DNA from: Octopus vulgaris
Lineage: Eukaryota
NCBI GenBank assembly: GCA_951406725.2
Contig: OX597835.1
Location: forward strand, 1,302,001 to 1,366,000
DNA length: 64,000 nt
Direction of reading: 5' to 3'
Shown in pieces: positions 13,329 through 27,753 of the stretch (its first letter is position 1; each line of letters begins with the position of its first letter). The notes under the pieces are model-generated. The model had not been told where the DNA came from and made no database searches. It worked only from the letters and a program-made list of their open reading frames with translations. The position numbers were made by a program, and so were the translations under genes.

Positions 13329-15265
13329 CTAGCTCATGTAGTAGGTAATCCCCGGAATCCCGGGGGTAAAGATGTTCTATTGAAACGCCTTATTACTCTG
13401 ATATAAGAAAGCAAATTCGTTATACCTGCCACAACAGGTGTATTTTCCATCACAAAAAGGTACGAAAAACTGTCAGCTGGAGGAGGGAGAGATTGTTGGA
13501 GGTTGGCGAGAAAGTACCCCGACTCGTTGTGGAATTTTAAATTTTGTGAAGGCTAATTTATTAAAGGTAATATATAAATGTAGCATATATGTATATAAAT
13601 ATATGAATGAAGTGTTTAATGTTTAAGAATGAAGTGAACAAAGTGCAATAATAACGTTCACACACACTGATGGTCGCTCTCAGTAGCTGCCTTTAGCTTA
13701 TGAATTTCTTGTTTTTATAACTATCAAAAAGCAGCCAGAAAGATAGACATACTGTTGAGAAGAGATGATTTCGTTGGAGGTCTGTTATCTCCATTCCAGC
13801 CCCTGGTGGCATAGAAGAGGTTAGAAGGGTCAAGTGGCAAAGACACTATTCTACTTAGCAAAGGCATCTGGGAAATGTATAACTGCTGTCATTCACAGAA
13901 AAACTATTGTTTTACCATAAGAAAAGTGCTGTTGAAGTGTTGAGTGAAATTTGGCAATCAAGGATCAAATCCATGCTATGCCTGCATGAAGCCACGACAA
14001 ATACGTTGTGAAATAAAACATTTATCTACTGTCATGGAAAATCAAAAAATTATGTATGTATAGAAATGTACAAATGAAGTCTTTAAGGTTTAAGATTAAA
14101 ATCAAGGAAGTGCAATAGTAATGTTTAGCAGTTCAAAACTGTGAGTGATGAAATGCCGAATTAGGTTGGCTGATCGTGAAAATCAAATATTGATCGCTTT
14201 GCAAAAAAAGTGCAGGTGGTATGGGTTATTTCCCTTGGGTTGTTTAAATAAAATATTAATAATATGTAGTAGATAGAAGGATCCATTTGAGGGGCCCTAT
14301 CATTGATTTTTTTTCAACAATCTAAGTATATCACGAGGTTTCCAGACAGGATTTCTACTCACATGTCAAAGTATAAAAGTGATATTGTCTGCAAAAATCA
14401 GAAATTGGTCACACAAAAAAAACATCAATATTCAAAGTAATCAAACGTAAACAATGAAACCTGTAAAATATTTCTAAATTCGACGCCTCAATGAAAATGT
14501 TGTATGAACTATAAACAAGCAATCAATATTATGATTTGTAAAATAAGTATAAGTGATACAGGATGTCCCAAATGAATGTGGTGAGGAAGTTTGGTTCCAT
14601 TTTTTAAGAATTTTAAGCAATCAGAGTATGAGTCCATTGTAATGGGACACACTAATTAAATACGTTCTTGAATCAAAAACATTTTAACTGGACAAAACGC
14701 AGAATTATCGGAGTTATGGGCACTGAAAGTGTACATGCATCAAGAAAGTGCAATAATAAGGTTTAGCAGCTGAAAACTGAGTAATGAAATGCAGAATTAG
14801 ATCCAATGAATCTAGAATCAAAAATTTATGTACTGCCATCGGAAACGTTTAACTGAAAAAATGCAAAATTATCAGAGTTATGGTCACTGAAAGTGTACAT
14901 GCATCAAAAATGTGCAATAGTAAGGTTTAGCAGCGGAAACCTGTAAGTAGTGGAATGCAGAATTAGGTCCACTGATTGTGAGAATCAAATGTTGGTCGCT
15001 TCACTAAAAACTAACTGTAAGTGCAAGAGCTATGGGTTATTTCCCTAGGGTGTTTAAAAGAAAGATTAGGTATCTGCGGGCGATATAAAGATCCCTTCCA
15101 GGGGCTGTATTATTGATTTTTTTTTTCAACAATCTCAGTGTGTCATGAGGTTTCCAGGCATGAGTTCCGCCCACGTGTCAATTTTCATCAAAATCAATGA
15201 AACGATGTAGGAGGAGTGAGATAACAATGCCAGAAACAAACACCGATTTTCCACATATGTAGTAT
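13329..15265 (-). mobile_element. Non-autonomous Helitron-like element with internal repeats
   Basis: CTAG|T 3' end at 13329; hairpin CCCCGG-AATC-CCGGGG at 13350-13365; diverged internal repeats near 14110, 14750 and 14912; no ORF. Confidence 0.55.
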
Positions 15266-15378
15266 ATATATATATGTATGTATGTATATATAAATATGTA
15301 TGCATATATGTATACATAAATAAGGAAGCATATATGTGTATATAATTAAGTATGTATATATGCATATATATATATACA

Positions 15379-15756
<378 letters not shown>

Positions 15757-16053
15757 CAGACGCATATACATAGGAAATTATATATGAATACATATATGAA
15801 ATTTTAAGGTGTTTCCATTATTTTGTCCAACCCATGTATATGAATAAATATGTGTCTTTATATATATATATATATATACACTGTTGTGTCTAGGAAGAGT
15901 CATTTTCTTTTCGTGCCTTATAATTTAACGCTCACCAGTAAAATTTCCACTTATTTCTTAATTCTCCCCTGACACAACACAGAATATGCTTCAACACACA
16001 AACTCACGTAAAGAATTTTGAAAACCAAATATAAAAACGAAATATATACATAC

Positions 16054-16092
<39 letters not shown>

Positions 16093-16152
16093 TACACACA
16101 TAAATACATACTTGTATATAAATACACATGCTTGTTTGTATATACACATACT

Positions 16153-16218
<66 letters not shown>

Positions 16219-16220
16219 TA

Positions 16221-17836
16221 CTAGCAGAGATACCCAGCGTTGCCCATGTTACATGCAATTGAAGAATTAGACTTTTCTGTAATTAACTGGAATACCTATC
16301 ATTTGAATTTCATCAAAACTGCAGATGATGGTTCTTTCCCTCTTTACACACCCTAAAAAAAATTGTAATCATGTCATGTATCCCATACTACTAATTTTTA
16401 TGCGCATATTCCAAAATTCCAGTCTTATAGAACCTGTTAATAGGATTTTGCTCCTGAAAATTGGAGGTTATGGAGCTCTAAAATATGGGAGTTAAGGCCC
16501 CTATTGGGGGTGGGTGTCTTAATGTCAACCAGAGAAGTTGCAGTGTTGAGTATCTTTTTAACTTGGGTCTTATATCTATTGTTTGAATTTCTTTGGAATA
16601 GGAAATATATGTTCACTGGGTTTGTAAAAGAGAGCAAATCTACAGGAAACCGAAAGACAAATGATCACAATAAGCAGTCAGCTACCGTATCCTAGTCATT
16701 ACCACTCCCAATGTTGGATTCCTCACTATACAGGTGACAGGCACAGCCATAAGATGCAATACGGATCTATAGCAATTGGAAGGGCATGACCCAACTCAAA
16801 TCAACATTAACAACTGTGTGATGTGAGGGCTAAGGAGAAATGAAAGTATCACCTCTGCAGTTTGCAAATGACCACTATACTGATACGTAACTGGACAGAA
16901 TAAATTTGCAATCTATAAATGTCTGAATAACCAGTCACTCATCTGGGAAGGCCTTGAAATCAATGTTACCATCTGGGGACTATGTGTGACCCAGTGATAA
17001 TAAAAAGACTGAAAGGGATCTGCAACCAAATAACATTACTCAACTCTTTGCAACTGAATCAGTGGAGGCAAAGATGCCTCTCGTTTGCTTCACAATTTAT
17101 GCACCCCATTGCAGAAATTACAATCTAAGCATATCTCAAAGCAAACTCTTACACTGTTGTACCATTGAATTACGAATAATGCACATCTTCTATGCTCGGG
17201 TGACCCTACAGCTTCCAAGAGTACAACTGTATTCATCTTTGCTTAGATAAAATCACTAAATTGTGGGTGTTAAGTCCCCATGAAGGGGTCTTTCTAACTT
17301 GTAAGAGGATGAAATTTTATAAATATTGCTTCATTTGTGTCTAATATCTATGGTTAAAATTTCATCAACAGCAAAATTATATGAATTGTCATGGTGGTTA
17401 TGGCCCTTATGCATAAAATATAATTTCCAAATTTCATAAAGATTCATTCAGTACTTTTGACCTACTTTTGGATCATAAAAGAAATGACTAAAATTTGGGA
17501 GTTAAGGCCCCTCATTAGGGTGTCTTAGAATCCTCATAAGAAGTGGAAACTTTGAGAATATTTCTTGATGTGTATCAATTACCCATGGTTGAAATTTCAT
17601 AAACATCGAAAATTTATGAAATTTCATGGTGGCTCTGCCCCCTTTAAGCCATCTGAAATTCAAACCAAAACATATTGCATTATACCCACCCTTATGCATT
17701 GAATGTAAGTTCCAAATATCATAAGGATCCATTCAGTAATTTTGGTCCATGAAATTGTATGAAACACACAGCATTACCCGTCTCCCTAGGCTTGGAACAC
17801 GAACACACATAAAAACATTGACTTTTATATAATAGA
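16221..17836 (-). mobile_element. Apparently complete non-autonomous Helitron (1.6 kb)
   Basis: A|TCTATTATATAAAAG 5' end, subterminal GGGCAACGCTGGG hairpin remnant, CTAG|T 3' end, no TSD; further copies at 30100-31730 and 50030-50350. Confidence 0.8.
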
Positions 17837-18283
17837 TATGAATATGCACATATACACACGTGTGTGTGTGTGTGTGTGTGTGTGTACATACACACAAAGA
17901 TAAATTGATAGATACAAGTGAGTGGGCAAACAAAAATGAGACACTGCCCAGTGCATTTTTTTATTTTGATAAGCCTGGTACTTATTCTATCAGTGTCTTC
18001 TTATCAAACCAGTAAGTTATGAGGATGTAAAGAAACTAACAGCAGTTGTGAAGCAGTGATGAGGGAGAAACACAGAGACAAAGACACTACACTTAAATAT
18101 ATACATACATATATATACAATTGATTTCTTTCACTTTCCGTCTGCAAAATCCATTGACACGGCTTTGGTTGGTCAGAGGCTATAGCAGAAGACACATTCA
18201 AAGTCACCACACGGTGGGACTGAAACCAGGACCATGTGTCTTGGAACCAAGTTTGTTACCACACAGCCACACCTGCACCTATC

Positions 18284-18353
<70 letters not shown>

Positions 18354-18497
18354 TGTGTGTGTGTGTGTGTGTATATATGTATGTATGTATATACGGGTAT
18401 ACATATTACATGTACATCTATATATATATATACATACATCTACACATATACATCTATCTATATACATGTATATATATATATATACATCTATATATAA

Positions 18498-18531
<34 letters not shown>

Positions 18532-18994
18532 ATACATCTATATATAAACATATATATATATATCTCTGACCTTTCAACTGGTCTTGTTTTTAATCTTGCT
18601 GGGTTTCTAGCAACCCTCCTCACCAGGATAGCCTGGGTGGGGGGGTCTGGTCACAGGCAACCCAACCATGCAACAGGTTGTACTGGATTCCTTGTTACCA
18701 GTGACACTTATGAGAGCCTCATAAGTGACCTGACCTTTATATAAAGATGAGAATGTGTGTTTGTGTGTCTGTCTGTGTGAATCCCTAAAACTTGAGAACT
18801 ACACAACCAATTTCATTCAAATCTTACACATGCCTTACTTAGGGTCCATCTAGTGCCATAGGCCAAAAAAATTTTCAACTTCTTGCCTAGTGCGAGCCCA
18901 CAGCAATATCATATCTTCTCCACTATTTCAGTAATACTACATGTCAAAAGTGAAACAATAACATCTCTCTATTGTAATGTCAGATACTTTCACT

Positions 18995-21270
18995 TGAGGA
19001 AAGAGCTTCAGACTTGCTTGTCCAGCATTCAAAATACTGCAGCATGGGCAGATTTTCAAGACCTGCTGAAACACTGGGATAGGCTTCTACTGCCAGACAC
19101 AGAGACTGGTTTGATGAAAATGAAGTTCAACGACTATTGGCTGTAAAGTGCCATGCCCACAATGTGTTGCTACAGAGAGGACTTGCTGCTGTTCAGCGAA
19201 ATCTAAGACTTGCTCACTATAGCAGTGTAAAATCACCAGTGCAGCGATCTCTCAGGAAGATGCAGAACACTTGGTGGGAGGATCTTGCTCATGATGTTTA
19301 GGCTGCTGCTGATGCATACGACAGCAAGAAGCTTTACCATCTTATGAAGCAAGTTTATGGGCCTAAGAGCTCCACATCAGCTCCTTTGCTTTCCAAGGAG
19401 TCTTCCACTCTATTTACTAAATCAACAGAAATCACAGGTCGCTGGATCGAACACGTCTCTGAACTCCTAAACCATGAGTCAATTGTGAACAAAACAGTGA
19501 TTGATACGATGCAACAAAGACCTATCATTGTAATGACATCAATAAGCAAATTGAATCTTGGTAGGGCACCTGGAAGGGATGGAATTTGTGCTGAGGTCTT
19601 GCAATTTGGTGGTGATTACATCATACAGTCCCTTCATGAACTTATTAGCGCAGTCTGGAGGGATGGTGCAATGCCTAAGGACTGGAAAGATGAGATTATT
19701 CTTCCTTTCTATAACAGAAAAGGAACCAAAACAATGTGTGGTAACTACAGAGGCATTGCTCTATGATCAGCTGCTGGCAAGGTTCTGGCAAATATTCTGC
19801 TTTCCCGCTTGAATGAGTGTCTCATAAATAATGTCCTAGCTGAATCTCAATGTGGCTTCCAATCTGGTCGAGAGACACTGGATATGATTTTCACAGCTAG
19901 GCAGATGCAGGAGAAGTGCTATGAGCAAGAATATGGATCTTGTCCAGGTATCCATTGATTTAACGAAGGCCTTTGAAACTGTACATAGAGCCTTTCTATG
20001 GAAAATACTTGGCAAACTTAGATGTCCAGATCAATTTGTATCTATAATTCATTTCATGATGGGATGGAGGCTTGGGTCAATGTTGGTGGTGGCATGGCGG
20101 GACCCATTCCTGTAGAGACAGGTGTTAAACAGGGTGACATTCTTGCCCCAACTCTTTCTTTGTACTTTGCTACCGATTTTACTCGTGCTTTTGCTCAGGT
20201 TAGTTCTCTGGGAATATATGTCAGGTATGAATCTTCTGGCCGCCTCTTTAATCTGCACCAATTTGCAGCCAATTCAAAGGTTTCCCAGTCTATTATTCGT
20301 GACCTCCTTTCTGCAGATGACTGTGACTTAGTCATTCATACACTGGATGACATGCAAATACTTATGAATCGGATTTCTGCTTCTTGCAGGGCATTTGGAC
20401 TCAGCATTAGCCTGGACAAGACTGTTGTAATGTCTCAGCTTGCACCAGGAAATCCATATGCGAAACCAGCTATATTGGTTGAAGGAACAATACTGAAAGT
20501 AGTAGACAAGTTTGTCTACCTGGGCAACATACTCAGCCGTTCTTGCTCCCTGGATGATGAAATACCTTTCAGGCTGCAGAGAGCAACTGATTCCTTCCGG
20601 TCTCTTGAGTCTCATGCCTGATCCCAACATGGCATCGCAAGGAGAACAAAAGTTGCTGTGTACCGTGCATGTGTACTCACATCACTCCTTTACAAACGCC
20701 ATGTAAGGGTCCTTGAAAAACTTTCATCAGAGATGTCTCAGACACATTCTGAATGTTGGCTTCCTTCAAAACTGCAGACACACAGGTCCTGAGGACAACT
20801 GATATCTTGAGTATTGAGGTGATGGTGCACAGGCATCGGTTATGTTGGACTGGACACCTTACTAGAATGAAGGATAGCAGGATCCCTAAGCAGATGCTAT
20901 ATGGGGAACTTGTGAATGGAAAGAGACCCCGGCAGAAACCAAGGTTGCAATTTAAGGACTGTGTCAAGTCCTTGTTAAAGGCATGTGATATGCAGGAGAC
21001 TGACTGGGAGAACAATTCCTGTCATCGTCACAGATGGAAGAAGCAGGTTAAGGAGGGGGTCGGCACTTTTGAGAGAGCACACTCAGTTAAAGTGTGCTGC
21101 TGGAAAGCACAACTGCTGGTGTAGTGAATGGGAAAAGCTTGGTCTCCATTGCTTGCAGTCATGTATGGTTGCCAAGAGCAGGGTTTAATCAGCCACCAAC
21201 AGAGCTGCAAATGCAAAATATTAATCCTAGAGCGCACAATGGTCTTCCTCGGTCACAAATGAACGACCAT
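18995..21270 (+). mobile_element. 5'-truncated RTE-clade LINE (RT pseudogene)
   Basis: APGRDGI, CGNYRGIAL, ESQCGF, IDLTKAF, GVKQGDILAPTL, LLSADDCDL, VDKFVYLG, LCWTGHL.RM.DSRIPKQMLYGEL; many frameshifts and stops. Confidence 0.92.
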
Positions 21271-21314
21271 TATATATAAATATATATATATAGAGAGAGA
21301 GAGACAGACACATA

Positions 21315-22472
21315 AGAGGTGCAGCAATATCAAAGGAAGGCTAACTGGGAAGATAGTTTTTGTGTGTAGCAAATGCTCAGGAGCAATAAACACTGAAAAT
21401 GTGCAGAAAACAGCTTCCGTCACATTCTAGGGGGGAAAACAACAAGTAGTTGATAGCTTCCATTACCTAAGTGACCAAGTCAGTAGTGGGGGTGGATGCT
21501 CTGAGAGTGTAGCTGCTAGAATAAGAATAACTTGGGCAAAGTTCAGAGAGTTCCTACCCCTGCTGGTGACAAAGGGCCTTTCGCTCAGAGTAAAAGGTAG
21601 ACTGTATGACACTGCTGAGGAAATGTGCAAGCTTACAAGAAATGAACTAGAATGCTCCGCTGGATGTGTAATGTCAGTGTGCATACACAACAGAGTGTTA
21701 GCACCCCAAAACAAATGTTGGACTTAAGAAGCATCAGATGTGGTGTGCAAGAAAGACGACTGTGCTGGTAAGGTCATGTGTTGTATATGGATGAGGACAG
21801 CCGTGTGAAAAAGCACCACACCCAAGCAGTAGAGGGAACCTGTGGAAAAGGTAGACCCATGAAGTCATGGGATAGGTGGTGAAGCACGAACTACAAACAT
21901 TGATCCTCACAAAGGCAAAGACAAGTGACCGAGACCTTTGGAGATATGCTGTGCTTGAGAAGACCCGGCAAGCCAAATGAGACCATAACCATGGCCTATT
22001 CCAATGCAATATAACTGCCCATTTAAGAGGACCCTTCACTTAAGGGCAATAAACTGAGCTTGCAAAGACCTGATGAGCAAGTGAAATCAGTACCGCCCAA
22101 TTGGCATCCATGCTGGTAGCACATAAAGACCATCTTTCGAGCGTGGTCGATGCCAGTGCCGCCTGACTAGTCCCATGCGGGTGGCACATTAAAAGCACCA
22201 TTCGAGCATGGTCATTGCTAGTGCCACTCGATTGCATGCAAAAAGCAGCATTCAAGCATGGTCAATGCTAGTACTGCCTAACTGGCTCTCGTGCCAGTGG
22301 CACATAAAAAGCACCTAGAACACTCTCAGAGTAATTGGCGTTACGAAGGGGATCCAACTATAGAAACTTTGCCACATTCGATTGGCGACTGGTGCAGCCT
22401 TCATGCTTGCCAGCCTCCAGTCGAACCGACCGACCAATGCCAGTGTGAAAATCAGACTTTAAACGATGATGC
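21315..22472 (+). mobile_element. 3' end of a second RTE-like LINE family, with tandem-repeat 3' UTR and (GAT)n tail
   Basis: VVDSFHYLSDQVSSGGGCSESVAARIRI remnant followed by GTGCC..GGCAC repeat units and a GATGATG tail. Confidence 0.85.
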
Positions 22473-22666
22473 TATATATACATCTATATATATACACATA
22501 CACACACATCTATATATATACACACACACACACATCTATATATATACACACACACATCTATATATATATACACACACACATCTATATATATATACACACA
22601 CACATCTATATATATATACACACACATCTATATATACACACACACATCTATATATACACACACACA

Positions 22667-22704
<38 letters not shown>

Positions 22705-22717
<13 letters not shown>

Positions 22718-23088
22718 CTGAAGTTGACTGTGTATGGCAGGTTTGGTAGCCTTCAACACTATCTCCTCCGAGACCCTGCAGCGCAAGTTGACCAAAATTG
22801 AGAGTATGTTAAAAGAAGGCTTGCTCTTCATTCCATAGAAGATGAAATTCAAATTGGACCATGTTAAGACCAAAAATTATTTAGATCAAAAAGGTGCTTT
22901 TTGTCTATGAAAATCCCTATTTTTTAGGATTTTTTGACTGCTGTGTTGCCATTTTTCGGTGTATTTCAACCAGAAAAATGTTCACTGAAAGAGAATATGA
23001 AGCAACATAATGCAAAATTTTTACTTTTCAAAAATTCCAATTCTAAAGGGTCGAAATAAACCCGAGCAACGACGGTCAATACTGCTAG
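22705..23088 (+). mobile_element. Short non-autonomous Helitron
   Basis: TATATAAAGCTGAAG start; CCCGAGCAACGACGG hairpin remnant; CTAG|T end at 23088. Confidence 0.6.
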
Positions 23089-23099
23089 TATATATATCG

Positions 23100-23416
23100 C
23101 CACCTCGACTGGCACGTAAAAAGCACCATCAGAATCGTGGCCGATGCCAGTGCCGCCTCGACTGGCTTCCGTGCCGGTGGCACGTAAAATGCACCAATCC
23201 GACCGTGGCCGTTGCGAGCCTCGCCTGGCACCTGTGCAGGTGGCACGTAAAAAGCACCCACTACACTCACGGAGTGGTTGGCGTTAGGAAGGGCATCCAG
23301 CTGTAGAAACATTGCCAGATAAGACTGGAGCCTGGTGCAGCCTTCTGGCTTCCCAGATCCCCGGTCGAACCATCCAACCCATGCTAGCATGGAGAACGGA
23401 CGTTAAACGATGATGA
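23100..23416 (+). mobile_element. RTE-family 3' tail or SINE with (GAT)n end
   Basis: Same sequence as 960-1245 (+), 36128-36430 (-), 48710-48890 (-), 51915-52415 (+) and 58870-59290 (-). Confidence 0.85.
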
Positions 23417-23847
23417 TATACACATACATACACACACACACATCTATACATATATATATATACACACACACTATATATATATATATATACATATATACAC
23501 ACCCATCTATATATATACACACACATCTATATATATATACATATACACACACCCATCTATATATATACATATACACACACATCTATATATATATACACAC
23601 ACATCTATATATATATATACATATACACACACATCTATATATATATACATATACACACACATCTATATATATATACATATACACACACATCTATATATAT
23701 ATACATATACACACACATCTATATATATATACATATACACACACATCCATATATATATATATACATATACACACACATCTATATATATACATATACATCT
23801 ATATATATACATATACACACACACATCTATATATATATATATATACA

Positions 23848-23879
<32 letters not shown>

Positions 23880-23947
23880 TATACACACACACATCTATAT
23901 ATACATATATATACACACACACATCTATATATACATATACACACACA

Positions 23948-23987
<40 letters not shown>

Positions 23988-24053
23988 TCTATATATACAT
24001 ATATATATATATACACACACACACATCTATATATATATACATATACACACACA

Positions 24054-24095
<42 letters not shown>

Positions 24096-24149
24096 TCTAT
24101 ATATACATATACACACACATCTATATATATATATATACACACACACACA

Positions 24150-24211
<62 letters not shown>

Positions 24212-26440
24212 TATACACACATCTATATATATATATACATATATACACACATCTATATATATATACATATATACACACATCTATATATATATACATATAT
24301 ACACACATCTATATATATATACATATGTACACACATCTATATATATATATATACATATATACACACACACACATCTATATATATAAATATACATATATAC
24401 ACACACACACATCTATATATATAAATATACATATATACACACACACACATCTATATATATAAATATACATATATACACACACAACTATATATATATACAT
24501 ATATACACACACACACATCTATATAAATATACATATATATATATACATACACATCTATATATGTAAATATATACACACATCTATATATATATATATATAT
24601 ACATACACATCTATATATGTAAATATATACACACATCTATATATGTAAATATATACACACATCTATATATATACATACATCTATATATGTAAACATATAC
24701 ACAACATCTATATATATACATACATACATCTATATATGTAAATATATACACAACATCTACTATATATGTAAATATACACACACATCTATATATATATATA
24801 ATGCTATATATATAGTGCTATATGCGCGTGTGTGTGTGTAATAGTATAAGATAGGCGGAAGAAGGATTAACGAACTGTAAACACCTTGGAAAAGAAACTC
24901 CCCGATATTGAAACCGACGAAGAAGCATCCTTAATAAATACATATTCTGCATCATCATTGTTCTGTCATGGACACTGTGTATATATACATATATACACAT
25001 ATATTTCCCACATAATTTAATGAAGACTACGACCCAGAAAACGACTACATAACGTTATCTATTAATGATTAAATATCTCACGATTCCTACGAATTGTTTT
25101 ATTAGAGAACCAACAACTTAAGACCCCGATGTATCCCCCCCCCCTGCATGTCACACAAAAGATGGAATTTGAAACAAAACAAAAACAGAAATTGTTTCAA
25201 AACTATTAACACAAAAACAAGTTCATTGACTGAACTCACACAAAGGATAACGGATAAAGATTAATCATTATTTTTTCCCCTTTAAACTTCCTTTTGCAGA
25301 GTCGATTTTTTTTAAAAGGCATAACTACTCTTTGATGCTCCACGGCGACGTTGTTTCCTCCTAACTTTCTTATATTTATTTCCGTTTAAAGAGATTCTCC
25401 AGAAATACCATTTCGATGATAATATAAATTGTGATTATGTCGGGAAATTCTGAGAAAGAATTAATTTTTTGTTTCTTTATTATCTTCTGATCGCTCTCCC
25501 TCCCTCCCTCTCTCCCTCTCTCTGACCCCTCTCGACTTTGTTTCCTCATTGTTTCAAACGCATTTCTCTTCCAATGCAAATTTGCAGAGAATATATTTCC
25601 TAAAGCAAACATTATGATTGTATTGATACAATTTAGAGAACAAAATATTTAAAAAAATTTCTTTTCATTTTCAGATCATTCTTTGCTCTCCATTGACTTT
25701 GCTACAATCTATTTCAATAACTTTAGAGCAAGTTACACTTTTGTGAGTGAATTTGTTTGAAAGCTCAACATTACGTAATTTACAGACTCGAAAACGGATT
25801 TCTGCAAAACGTCATTTTAAAAAAAAAATGCATTTTAAAGAGTTGCAAAAGAAAGACAAATTCGAAATTTGGGAGAATATAGCCGAAACCCTCCTAAAAA
25901 TGTTTTTTAATTATGCTATCAACATAAAAGTAATCTAATTTACAATCTCAATTATACGAAAAAGAAATCCATTCAAAAAAATATGAATTTCTCTGAAAAT
26001 ATTGAAGAAACAAAAGTCGGGGGTGGGGAGAGCACAGAATTATGACAAGAAAAGGAAAACATCAATAAATGGACAAAATGTGTGTTTTTCAGTCACAAAA
26101 TGTGTTTTGTTTTATAAAATATGCATTTTTAAAACGTTATAAAAGAGATAAATTCGAGATGTGGGAAAATATAATCAGAAAATCCTCTGTTTTTGTTTTC
26201 TTTAATTTCAAAATATATTACGAATCGTAAAGTAATCTGCAAAGTGGAAAACCTTTCTGAACCAAAATGAATTTGCAAACAAAAATGTGAATTTCTCAGT
26301 TTTGAGGGAAAAAGTCGGAATTGGGAGAAGAAGAAGAGAAATTGATGTAGTTTTTGTGCCAAAATGAAAACATCAATAAATGGAGAAAGAAGAGTATTAT
26401 TAGAGAGTATCAGAGAGAGATGGATGGTGTGTTTGCTTAC

Positions 26441-26602
26441 CGTTATATTGGCGTGGATATCATAGTACTCGCCTTCGCTCACAACAAAACGACAGGCCAA
26501 CTCGTCGACGGAAGCAGAGCGGATTTGAAATCGTTCATGAGCTTTGGGAAAAGCTGCCTCAAGAAGTTTGATGTCTCGTTTCAAAGTGGCCAAACAAGCC
26601 AT
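26441..26602 (-). CDS. UBE2Q: UBE2Q-like coding exon 1 (MACLATLKRDIKLLEAAFPKAHERFQIRSASVDELACRFVVSEGEYYDIHANIT)
   Basis: ATG at 26602, 54 codons, GTAAG donor; matches the UBE2Q N-terminus (LKxELKLLE..F...HERFRI.S..LDEL.C.F...IH.NIT) and joins exon 2 in frame. Confidence 0.92.
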
Positions 26603-26739
26603 CACCAAGAAAAAAGTTCAATTGGGAATGGGGGGGAAGGAGAAGGAGGAATGAAGGCTGTTCTTTCAGACAATGTTGGACGACCGTCTTGTTATCACCG
26701 CGTCGGCTTTACAAATAAATAAACACTTGTAAGAACGTC

Positions 26740-26900
26740 AGCCTGGCTTATATTAACCATAATGGCGCAACACATAAGCTTTGACGCGCGCGCATGCGCA
26801 GCACACTCCCGTCGGTGTCGCTCGGAAAAAATCGACCCCCGGATTATACTCCGAGTTTCCGCCGAGGTCGGTTCTTTTATTCGACTTCCAGAAATCCGGC
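26740..26900. promoter_or_regulatory. CpG-rich core promoter of the UBE2Q-like gene with NRF1-type and YY1-type motifs
   Basis: GCGCATGCGCA at 26790-26800 and ATAATGGCG at 26759-26767; local CpG enrichment 150-300 bp upstream of the ATG. Confidence 0.6.
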
Positions 26901-27711
26901 AATAGTGCGCAATATCATGTACCCCGTATTAAATAAATGCTATTTTTAAAGTTGTTTACTTTGCCTACGGTGTGTTAAAAATGCTTTTGTTCGTTACTTT
27001 TTTAGGTGGATCGATAAAGATTAAATATACTCAATGTACCCGTATATAATTTGTACCCGTATCTGTTCGTTAACTAAAATCATGATTTTACTTTCCGTCA
27101 TTTAATTCTCATCTTCTAAAAAGTATACATTTTGCAGTATGATATACTAAGAATTTTAAGCTATTTTTTAAGGATTAATAAATATTAAATGGAGCCTCCT
27201 TTAGAAGTGTATCAGTTTGAAATTGTTAAGTATAATTTAGTTCTCTACTTTTCATAGTTTATTCCATATTTTAAGTACATAGTTAGACCGTTTCCTGAAA
27301 ACCGGAATGTTCCAGAAATCCGGGACACTTCCGGTCCCAAGCCTGCCGGATAATTGCTCCGTTTCTGTTATATCTTTATTATTGTTTCTTTCAATTAGAC
27401 AAGCACAGAGATATTTGTCTGTTTGTATTAAACGTATAGAGTTCTTATAAATTTTTATTATCCCCCCCACTTCATACACATTTAAGAAAACTTTTCTATT
27501 TACAATTTACCTTCGTTTTCACATGCTTATATATATATATATATATTATATATTAATAAATATATATATTTATATACATAATGTATATATATATATACAT
27601 TATATATATTAATATATTTATATATATTTATTAATACACATATATAATATATATTTATTAATACATATATATATAATATATATATTTAATACATATATAT
27701 ATATATACACA

Positions 27712-27753
<42 letters not shown>

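Larger units (their letters stand above)
22480..24800. repeat. Compound CATCT(AT)n(AC)n minisatellite, interrupted at 22712-23415
   Basis: Dozens of variable-length units starting CATCTATATA; explains the 350-aa YIHT ORF. Confidence 0.9.

Noticed and set aside
23410-24462. 350-aa ORF and many other [12 protein letters not shown] ORFs
   Set aside because: Translations of (TA)n, (CA)n and compound microsatellites that lack stop codons
26129-26440. C-terminal extension of the 159-aa ORF
   Set aside because: Read-through into intron 1 past the GTAAG donor at 26440; UBE2Q similarity resumes in exon 2
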